A DNA stretch of 64,000 nucleotides from Neoechinorhynchus agilis. Lineage: Eukaryota > Animalia > Acanthocephala. The notes below the pieces were generated by a model, which was not told where the DNA came from, did not search any database, and was given only the letters and a program-made list of their open reading frames with translations. Within the stretch, counting starts at the first letter, position 1. The number at the start of each line of letters is the position of its first letter. Location of the stretch: NCBI GenBank assembly GCA_051530055.1, contig CM121341.1:7294784-7358783 (forward strand), given 5' to 3'. This document shows, one piece after another, positions 49,606 to 58,815 of the stretch. A program made the position numbers and the translations under genes.

Positions 49606-51360
49606 AAACTGGCTGAGTTTGTATATTCCGTAGTTGTGCCGAGATGGTCAAGTGGACAAATGCTTTTGATTCAACTTTGTTGGGTCAACTTTTTCAAATC
49701 CGTTACCGCCAAAGGGAGAACAATAAAAAGGGGACGAAATATCTCGTTGAAGGCAGGAAACTCACTGATGAGTCCCGTCTCCTCGGGAGGTATCTGAAGA
49801 TCCGGAGGAATGTACAAACTTTTAACCGTGCATTAGAAACTTTGTGGTTATATCACTTCTCTGATGTAATTGATTTGGATTTATGCCTAAAAAAATAAGC
49901 CCGGTATAAGGGACAAACTAAATTTAATGATGATATAAAACAAACCGGTTTGCCAGTAAAAAACCTTAAAATAGAATACAGCGCTCACCCTGAGTCGAAA
50001 AACTGGCTGAGTTTGTATATTCCGTAGTTGTGTCGAGGTGGTCAAGTGGACAAATGCTTTTGATTCCAGTTTGTTGGGTCAACTTTTTCAAATCCGTTAC
50101 CGCCAAAGGGAGAACAATAAAAAGGGGACGAAATATCTCGTTGAAGGCAGGAAACTCACTGATGAGTCCCGTCTCCTCGGGAGGTATCTAAAGATCCGGA
50201 GGAATGTACAAACTTTTAACCGTGCATTAGAAACTTTGTGGTTATATCACTTCTCTGATGTAATTGATTTGGATTTATGCCTAAAAAAATAAGCCCGGTA
50301 TAAGGGACAAACTAAATTTAATGATGATATAAAACAAACCGGTTTGCCAGTAAAAAACCTTAAAATAGAATACAGCGCTCACCCTGAGTCGAAAAACTGG
50401 CTGAGTTTGTATATTCCGTAGTTGTGTCGAGGTGGTCAAGTGGACAAATGCTCTTGATTCAAGTTTGTTGGGTCGACTTTTCAAATCCGTTACCGCCAAA
50501 GGGAGAACAATAAAAAGGGGACGAAATATCTCGTTGAAGGCAGGAAACTCACTGATGAGTCCCGTCTCCTCGGGAGGTATCTAAAGATCCGGAGGAATGT
50601 ACAAACTTTTAACCGTGCATTAGAAACTTTGTGGTTATATCACTTCTCTGATGTAATTGATTTGGATTTATGCCTAAAAAAATAAGCCCGGTATAAGGGA
50701 CAAACTAAATTTAATGATGATATAAAACAAACCGGTTTGCCAGTAAAAAACCTTAAAATAGAATACAGCGCTCACCCTGAGTCGAAAAACTGGCTGAGTT
50801 TGTATATTCCGTAGTTGTGTCGAGGTGGTCAAGTGGACAAATGCTCTTGATTCAAGTTTGTTGGGTCGACTTTTCAAATCCGTTACCGCCAAAGGGAGAA
50901 CAATAAAAAGGGGACGAAATATCTCGTTGAAGGCAGGAAACTCACTGATGAGTCCCGTCTCCTCGGGAGGTATCTAAAGATCCGGAGGAATGTACAAACT
51001 TTTAACCGTGCATTAGAAACTTTGTGGTTATATCACTTCTCTGATGTAATTGATTTGGATTTATGCCTAAAAAAATAAGCCCGGTATAAGGGACAAACTA
51101 AATTTAATGATGATATAAAACAAACCGGTTTGCCAGTAAAAAACCTTAAAATAGAATACAGCGCTCACCCTGAGTCGAAAAACTGGCTGAGTTTGTATAT
51201 TCCGTAGTTGTGTCGAGGTCGTCAAGTGGACAAATGCTCTTGATTCAAGTTTGTTGGGTCAACCTTTTCAAATCCGTTACCGCCAAAGGGAGAACAATAA
51301 AAAGGGGACGAAATATCTCGTTGAAGGGAGGAAACTCACTGATGAGTCCCGCCTCCTCCT
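49606..51360. repeat. Tandem array, 393-394-bp unit, about 4.5 copies
   Basis: ACTGGCTGAG at 49608, 50002, 50396, 50789 and 51182. Confidence 0.96.
49731..49803 (+). ncRNA. Candidate hammerhead-ribozyme-like motif with permuted strand order (core repeated in each 394-bp unit)
   Basis: GGGAC-GAAA-TATCTC (49731-45), GGA-AAC-TCA-CTGATGA-GTCCC (49756-76) and GAGGTA-TC-TGA-AGA-TCC (49787-803) can form stems II, III and I. The strand order is not type I, II or III. Confidence 0.3.
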
Positions 51361-51752
51361 AGAGGAATGCACAAAACTCAATCAGGATTTAAGTCATTTT
51401 ATGCGCTTCCCTGACAAAGATCGATGTTCATTTCAATACTTAAAAATAACCGGTTAGCCAAACATAAAATAATGATCATTATCTTCGCAATAAATTTCGA
51501 CATGTGAAAAGGTACTGGGATGCGGCAATAGAAGTAAATTTTTTATTTAGGTCTTCGCCCAGCAGAGAACGTTTTATTGACACCGTTTCGAACCTCATGA
51601 ACCCGATTATAGGTGGCGTAATTTCTCATTTGCGGGCATTACAAAAAAAACCCAACTATCATAAAAACCCCTACAATATTGCCCGAATACTGCTGGTAAA
51701 ATATTTTTGATAACTTGTCAGAGTTTTACTCAACGCAATTTCATTTGTAAAA

Positions 51753-52616
51753 TCAAAAATTAAAATCTTTATTAGTTCCGAAATCTTTGGGATGCCAAGA
51801 ATCCGCAACCATATCTGCACGTCCAATGATTGAAGGAATAACCTTAGTTCGCCTGCTAAAATCGCTCTGCTCCCGGTTTCGGTGTTTGTCCGATGGCACG
51901 TCTATGAATTTTTCCACCATAAGGCTATTAGGATTATTTACATCCTCAATAGTAGACTCAGTTTGATTCCTCAATTTCTTATCCATGGATATCCATTGCA
52001 CCTCTTTCATCTTTTTCGCTTGACAATCATTTACGTCGCTTCTCCTTTTTATAGGCGGCGCTAACACACAACTCGGTTGAACTTCAAAATGCTCGACGAG
52101 CCTTTCTAACTTGTTCATGGTGTTTAATGGTGAATCGCATTTAAATGGGGAAGATTCACAAATCGAGTCGTGTTTATCCTTATCGGTTATGGATTCTTTA
52201 CAAACCATTTTCAGACTTTCTTTTCCTAGATTTTGATTATGCTGATTTTTGTGATTTTCATCGTCCTCTGTGCGACTTGTCAGTTTGTACTCGAACGTCA
52301 AAGTGCCGGAGTCTCCTACTTCCTTACTGGTCTGTCCACATCGAATGCGATGAACCTTGGCTTCGTCTAACGTCACTGTTAGTTTTCGATCAACTTTTCG
52401 GTTATCAATCCAAACTCCCAATGTACTCTTGTCTCGTATTATCAGTTCACTATGATCGGCGTTATGCACAATGGTGAACAACACGTGCCATCGACTCACG
52501 GAAGGATTATTGGAGATAATGAAATCATTGACGGGAGCACGCCCTACCGAGTACTCGCGCATTTCCTCCAGTCGTGTCTTATTTCCGTCGACCGTGACTA
52601 TCCATGCCCCAGACAT
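51753..52616 (-). CDS. NBN: Nibrin/NBS1-like protein: N-terminal FHA plus C-terminal MRE11-binding-like motif, no BRCT domains
   Basis: EYSVGR...IISNNPSVSRWH...LIIRDKSTLGVWID is a nibrin-type FHA; DFSRRTKVIPSIIGRADMVA resembles nibrin NFKKFKK...PHIIGGSDLIA; single 287-aa ORF. Confidence 0.65.
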   Translation of the reverse strand: MSGAWIVTVDGNKTRLEEMREYSVGRAPVNDFIISNNPSVSRWHVLFTIVHNADHSELIIRDKSTLGVWIDNRKVDRKLTVTLDEAKVHRIRCGQTSKEVGDSGTLTFEYKLTSRTEDDENHKNQHNQNLGKESLKMVCKESITDKDKHDSICESSPFKCDSPLNTMNKLERLVEHFEVQPSCVLAPPIKRRSDVNDCQAKKMKEVQWISMDKKLRNQTESTIEDVNNPNSLMVEKFIDVPSDKHRNREQSDFSRRTKVIPSIIGRADMVADSWHPKDFGTNKDFNF

Positions 52617-53824
52617 TATCTATAACTAATGGCAATAAATCTTAGGATTTCTATTAATTTCTGAAGAAAATTTTCGTGTCTTTTCTCCCGTGATAAGCGG
52701 TTAACACGCAAAACTTTGAAAAGCACTCTCAATTAGTCGGCTAAAAATAAAAATAGGCTATTGTCCCGCGCTTTTAATACCGATGAGTTAGTCGGATAAA
52801 AATAACGTAATCTTTTATAATTTTGGTGAACGTAATCCTAGGCATGACATATTCCGACATGTTATGCCGGGATTGCCATTCCCGAAGTTCAGAGATCATA
52901 GATCCGTCCCCGGATCCCCTGCGCTGTACTACGTTTTTCATTGATTTTTAACACGTCGTTGGCCAGTATTTTTCAGCTAAAATTATCTTTGTTTCCTTCC
53001 ATTGTGTCTGACACAGCGATATGTAAGGCTCTCCAAAACAAGGCGCCTTTTTATCTTCATAAAACTTGTTTAGTTCGAACTTTCTTTTATTTTGGGTATC
53101 TAAGACTCCATTTTGATCGTTTTTATTTTATCTGATAACTATCGGTACTAGTAGTTTTATATACTTTATCATCCTTACGTTTTGCTCAAAGAACTGAGAA
53201 GCACATTGGATTTTGCCAACAAAGCCAAATATAATTGAACACTGATAATCAATTCCTTCATATGACGTACTTAGATTTAGTATTGAGAACGAAAAAGGTA
53301 TTGCATCCCCTTCCCGCGCTCTGTATTATCGAAAGATTATGAGCGCGTGAGAGGCCCGGCCTAGCAATTAAACGAGTTTCTGATTTCGGATTGGTTTGTT
53401 CACTTCCACTCAGATTTCCAGGATCGGCATTATCAGGACTACTTTTAGAATGAATGAAAGTTCGTCCCCCTACTACATCTTCGTTGCTTCCAGGATTTCC
53501 GCACAGGCACAAACTCCATTTGTTTCTCAAGATCGAACTGCAGAAGAACGATAAGCGCACAATTTAACGTTTTTTTAATATTTTTCGATGTGGAAGAGGA
53601 CTATTTTTACTCACTCAATGAGAAAAAACGAATTCAAACGACACGATCTTGCAAGGCTCAATGCCCCAACGAAAATGTAAAAACTGAGGTGATAATCATC
53701 TATTTTCCTGAACAAATCTGCTGCTTCTACATCTCCTCGAACAAGACTCAATGAGAACCGGTAAACCGCACAACGAAAGACGGAAGAGTGCAATAAAACG
53801 AAATTAGAGAATGGGTCAAAATCA

Positions 53825-54010
53825 TTAGCGTCGTTCCCTTTGGCGTCGAGACATTCGGTACCGCCGCACAGGACCTGATCAATCAATTGTCCAAGAGACT
53901 AAGATAAATCACTGGCGATTCGAGGGCAGGAGCATGGTGCAACGGTAAGGGAACGCTGCATCCGTCATTTCGACCATTACACCAGGACGACACCTTGAGA
54001 GATCCTGAGC
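53825..54010 (+). mobile_element. CRE-like retrotransposon 3' terminal fragment
   Basis: VVPFGVETFG...DLINQLSKRLR*ITGDSRAG...VQR*GNAASVISTI. Confidence 0.75.
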
Positions 54011-54759
54011 GGTGGTGTAAATGACCTAACACTATCTATTTTGTTTTTATTTGCCAAATAAAGATTGACCGACATCTCGAATTTCATGGAAGAAAATAAG
54101 AAACAAAATAGGAGGAAGCTAAAGTTAGGCAACTATAAAGAATGGAATGTTTCCAGTAAGCGATTTTTCAGTAAAGACCACAAAGATATGAACGAAGAAG
54201 CGGTTAAGTGCTACTATCTTACTTTTAATGTTTCGAGATTGAACCGTCTATCAAATAATATTAAAGCACAAAAATAAGCGAATACGGCACTGTAGCTTGT
54301 GCATTTCAAGAGTCTGTTCATTTGTACCTCCGCTATTGATTGAACAAGGAAAGGATTAGTAGGCTTTTCTGAAGTCATTCAAAAAATAGCGGGAAAATGA
54401 CAAAAGGGGACTAATCAATACTCAGAAATTCACGCGAAATCCGGGCGTAGGATCAATGGCATTATGAAGAAAACAATAATACAAATTCGAAAGATAGAGT
54501 GTTTTAAGGGTAAATTGACACGGGTTTTGTCGATCTAATTTCAAAAATTCGTAAGGATTATTTCTGGCGATCGAATTAAAGAGAAATGATCTAGTTAATA
54601 GAAGCATTCCATGGATTCTTTATCTCACCTGACGAGACATTGATCGTATCCTGAGCCTCCATATAATCGATCTCTGGAGTCATCCAATGATAATCTCCAA
54701 TTGGAATGCTGGACAGTTGGAGGTCACCCGGATGTCGTCCAGGGAAGCACAGACCAACT

Positions 54760-55160
54760 TAAAAAGAAATTGAAGACGTCCGAAAAAGTGAAGACTGGAG
54801 ATCAAAATCCAGGACGAGTCCCGGCGTCAAAAGCGGTTAAATTTCGCAATATACACAATCCAGGTTATGAAACTGAATCAATACAACAAAATTCTGCGAA
54901 ATATTTGGTCCATAACATTAGCTCAAAAAAGAATATTCAACCGCGTCTCTCTACAGCGCTCATTATCAAATTCAAAGAAAAGAGCGCCCCAAAAACGCCA
55001 GGAAATCACCCGAAGCGAAATGAGATGGATGGACGTGTCAATTATCGAATGCGCGAAAGAAACGTGTTGCAAAATCGTGACTGGACAACGAAAGTGACGC
55101 TGCGATGGACGGAAGAAGTGCGCGATGCTGCTCCGAACATGAAATTTAATCAGTGATGGA
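54760..55160 (+). mobile_element. Degenerate RTE-like LINE 3' fragment
   Basis: Across frames: GYET...YNKILRNIWSIT...QEITRSEMRWM...RWTEEVRD resembles RTE ORF C-terminal motifs. Confidence 0.5.
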
Positions 55161-55565
55161 AAAAAGCGGAAAAGATCGACGATGCCATAGAGACGGATTA
55201 ATCATTTTGATGACTGTGTATCTGGGAGTTCATGAAAAAACCAGTTAATGATCTTCGTTCGGAAGGCTCGGTTTATGGAGATCGCTCCGAAATTCATTTG
55301 CTCACAATCGTCTCAACTTCTAGTTTTGACCGTGTGGATTAATCTGAGATCGCACGAAAGTGCGGAGAGCTTACGAATGATGGAAAGCAATAAAATTGAA
55401 TAAAAAAACGAAGTGATATCTAACTCATGAACTTGTAGACGAGAAAGCTGACCAGTGATCGAAATCGATGGGGCCAAATCCGCTCCGATGCAAACGAATT
55501 TCAACCGGTGAACCAGAAAACCGAACCCGATACTGTGATCTCCTTTTTTTAGTAAAGAGGCAACG

Positions 55566-56468
55566 TCAACGCATGCTGCGTCGTCTACAAGGACTGTAAT
55601 CTCTTATATATCGTTCTTGTCCATAAGAACGTCTTCTTCTATGCCTCCGATTTCTCCTGGACGGTGACCTGGACTGATGGCACGCATTACCGCCATCTAC
55701 AAATGGTTTTCGCTCAGGTACAGCAACGTAGGTTTGCGGATTCATTGGATCGAGGAAGGATGTTATGATATTTGCCGGATAAAAAGGATTTAACGTAGTT
55801 GGGTTAATGAACGGCGAGTTTGGAGACGGCATCGACAATAAAGGCTTAAAATCCGGCGGTGCAATCGTCTGTTCGTTTGATTGAGCTTGGACTGGTTGTA
55901 GTTGTGGACAAGATGGAATTTGAAGTATAATGGTAGGTGGATTTTGGGTAGCATAGGAAGTGGGTATCGATGGATGTGGCATTTCTTGAATAACCGGTTG
56001 TGGTGCTTGAATTATTGTTGGTAATTGTGGTGGCGGTGGGAATGAAGGTTGTTGCTGTTGTTGATTTCTATTGAGGAGTGCTTCTACTATTCTGGACGGA
56101 AGGTAAACCATATCTTCTTTATCGATTGATTGATTTGTTTGTTGCTTTAACTGTGGTGGTGGTCTCATCTGACTGAAATATTGATTAGCAGAAATCACAA
56201 CCACTGGTTCTTGGTTCGAATCCGGTGGAATGATCAAACGAGGACCATTATTGGGCTGCGACAAAGGGATTGATTGATTATTTTGATATACTGGATAGTT
56301 TGGCGGCGGTGGCGGCAATTGTGACGGCGGTGGTGCAGTATTAGTGGTTCCGAATTGTCCGGTGTACGGGTCGTAGAATTGAATGAAATCTGTTACTGGA
56401 TCATTACGATCACTTTTGTCTTGTTTATTATCCGTTTCTTTACTTCCTTGAGAACTTGATGATCCCAT
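55566..56468 (-). CDS. Orphan Pro/Gln-rich protein with MGSSSS N-terminus and Arg/Ser-rich tail
   Basis: Single 300-aa ATG ORF with poly-Pro/Gln segments and C-terminal SRSPSRRNRRHRRRRSY. Confidence 0.65.
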   Translation of the reverse strand: MGSSSSQGSKETDNKQDKSDRNDPVTDFIQFYDPYTGQFGTTNTAPPPSQLPPPPPNYPVYQNNQSIPLSQPNNGPRLIIPPDSNQEPVVVISANQYFSQMRPPPQLKQQTNQSIDKEDMVYLPSRIVEALLNRNQQQQQPSFPPPPQLPTIIQAPQPVIQEMPHPSIPTSYATQNPPTIILQIPSCPQLQPVQAQSNEQTIAPPDFKPLLSMPSPNSPFINPTTLNPFYPANIITSFLDPMNPQTYVAVPERKPFVDGGNACHQSRSPSRRNRRHRRRRSYGQERYIRDYSPCRRRSMR

Positions 56469-56864
56469 AGGACTTTCTTCGTGTATTTTCTCTCACAAAA
56501 GAACACCCAAGTGCGAATTTCATGGGTACGTCGAATTATCCAAGTGACTACACTCGGCAATGTTAGACAAACATTGGTAAATATTGTTCGTATTCATCGA
56601 CGTTCAAACATAAAACGTGTGATCGATTCATGTTTATCAATAGTTCTCTTGATATTTGTCAACTTCAGTTCACAAATATTTTGGACAATTTTGTAGAATT
56701 GAGGCGATAGTGCTTTTTTGTCCCAGAATCCTTCCAAAACACTCGATTATTCAATCCCGTCTTTGATTCCTGGACACACATAAACGTTATATTTTACCCA
56801 TCGATCTTTTTCGAAATTTTCCAACTTTATCGAACACGGCTGAATTTGGGCACATCATTTGACT

Positions 56865-57062
56865 TGGGTCGAAATCATTATTTCGTTTCATTTGGCGTCG
56901 AGACGCTCGGGTCGTTTGATACCGCAGGACCTGGTCAATCAATTGTTTAAGAGACTGAGACGAATTACTGGCGATCCGAGAACAGGAGAATTATAAGTCT
57001 AACTAATCAACGGAGCGGAACGCTGCATCCGTCCTTTCGACCGTTGCACCAAGACGGTGGTG
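56865..57062 (+). mobile_element. CRE-like 3' terminal fragment, same subfamily as 53825-54010
   Basis: HYFVSFGVETLGSF...DLVNQLFKRLRRITGDPRTG...NAASVLSTVAP; nucleotide similarity to 53825-54010, including the terminal GGTGGTGT.AATG. Confidence 0.75.
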
Positions 57063-57446
57063 TGAATGTTGGTAAGATTTGGTAGAGACTATTAAAACAA
57101 AAAATGACTAAAAAATCGGCAAATTGGATCCTTGACTATGAAGAAAGGATTGAATCTAAAAACCGGAATGGACGAGATAAATGCAACTATTTAATTAAAA
57201 CAAAGCATTGCGATAGCAGTAATCAATGTTGATGCAAAGTGATTTCTGCTGAGTGCTCTGAATGTTAAAACACTAATTGAAAATTGGACGAAAATGTTCC
57301 TTTGTTGTTCTCAAAATCACCCGCCCCATTTCCCGAATAGCAGCCTATTTTTAAGATCGAATATTACAATTGAACACATTGGATATTTACATTGTTTACT
57401 TTCGCCGTCCACTCGTTGCTAAACGATATGACTTCTCGGAGATTTT

Positions 57447-57920
57447 ATGGAAATTGTCGACAAAATGGAGGAGAAAGAAGAAGAAGAGATTAAGGAAAGT
57501 GTGAATGAGCGGACGACTTTAACCGGCGAAACTAGTAATGTTGAGGAAGTGATTGAACAAGAAGTAGGAGCTGCCAAGGCCAAAAATGTTGAAGTGAACG
57601 AAAAAGTGGCCCCAAAAGAGAAAATTACTCAAGAGGAAAATTTTAGAACTCGTTTCTATTTGTTGTCGTATAGTTTAGATCCCATCTTATTGAATTCTTT
57701 TACTTATGCATTGGATATATTGTTCAAGTTGCCTGGAGCATCAGAGGATATGATTTGCGAGAACTTTAAAGCGTATTTGGAGGCGAGATTAATTGACGGG
57801 AATCAGTGGAACGTACTTACCGGTTTCGATTTTGCCATTTCAGCGCATTTCAGAGAACAAAGCTTTGTAGTTTTACTGCACCGGACAACTTCAATGTACG
57901 TGATCGCCTGGAAGGCATAA
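57447..57920 (+). CDS. Dynein light chain (LC8/DNAL4-type fold) protein with acidic N-terminal extension
   Basis: C-terminal EDMICENFKAYLEARLIDGNQWNVLTGFDFAISAHFREQSFVVL...YVIAWKA follows the dynein light chain pattern. Confidence 0.6.
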   Translation: MEIVDKMEEKEEEEIKESVNERTTLTGETSNVEEVIEQEVGAAKAKNVEVNEKVAPKEKITQEENFRTRFYLLSYSLDPILLNSFTYALDILFKLPGASEDMICENFKAYLEARLIDGNQWNVLTGFDFAISAHFREQSFVVLLHRTTSMYVIAWKA

Positions 57921-58815
57921 ACGTTTTGGTCGACTTTTAGATCCGTTTGCTTTCTTTACAACAAAAAGAGTTCTAAAATCATTAAGTTTGGAAAATCATT
58001 GCGAACAAATGTTATTATTTTACGGTCGCTTTTGAACAAACGAGAGGGATTGCGTTAAAAACGAATATTTCGACTGATTGCACCAGTCATTTTATTAAAA
58101 TTCAAACACACGACAGTGTTCGTTTTGATCCGGGAATTCGGGATCTTCAAGCCCGCGTTCGAATTCGTCTTTAACGCGATCCTTTTCACGTGTTCATAAG
58201 CGACCGCAAAATAACAAACTCATCTAATCATTGTCAACAAAAAAAATATTTACAAATGTCCATCAAATTTAGCGATAGATCCTCATTAAAAAAAACGATG
58301 AATCTGTCACTTATTGCGTCCAATATCACAGCGTTGAAGCAAAAAACGCTATCGGAAACTATCACTGATATCACGAAAACCAGTTTTCTCACTTTTTCCT
58401 TCCATTGATGCCGCGTTAAAATGAGCCCAGATACTTACTTGAAAAACAAGAAAACCTTCGAAAATTGCTTATCTCTTTTTTGCGGCATTCCACCCCACGA
58501 ACATAGGAGTGAAACATGCGCTTCTTTGTTCTGGTTGGTGTAAGGCGTTGTGATGAAGGGTTTTGTTAGTTTAGGGCGCGCACACATCCTCCGGGTGTTT
58601 GTTAGTGTTTGGTATGTGCGTCTCTGATGAACACTCGGTTACACAGTTGACATACACGCACACTCACGATTTTGAGTTGTTGTCGTTGTTGACGTTTGGT
58701 CATTAGTTGTGTGTGTGCGTAGACACGCGTTCATTTGGTCGAGGTGGATTGTGTGAGTGTGTGCGTGCCATATGATGATGACCACCTCTCCCTTGCTCTA
58801 CACACAAGCAACACG

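Noticed and set aside
53258-53886. Minus-strand ORFs 53258-53560 and 53611-53886 as a gene
   Set aside because: The upstream ORF overlaps a plus-strand CRE-like fragment and no coherent spliced model could be built; left unannotated.
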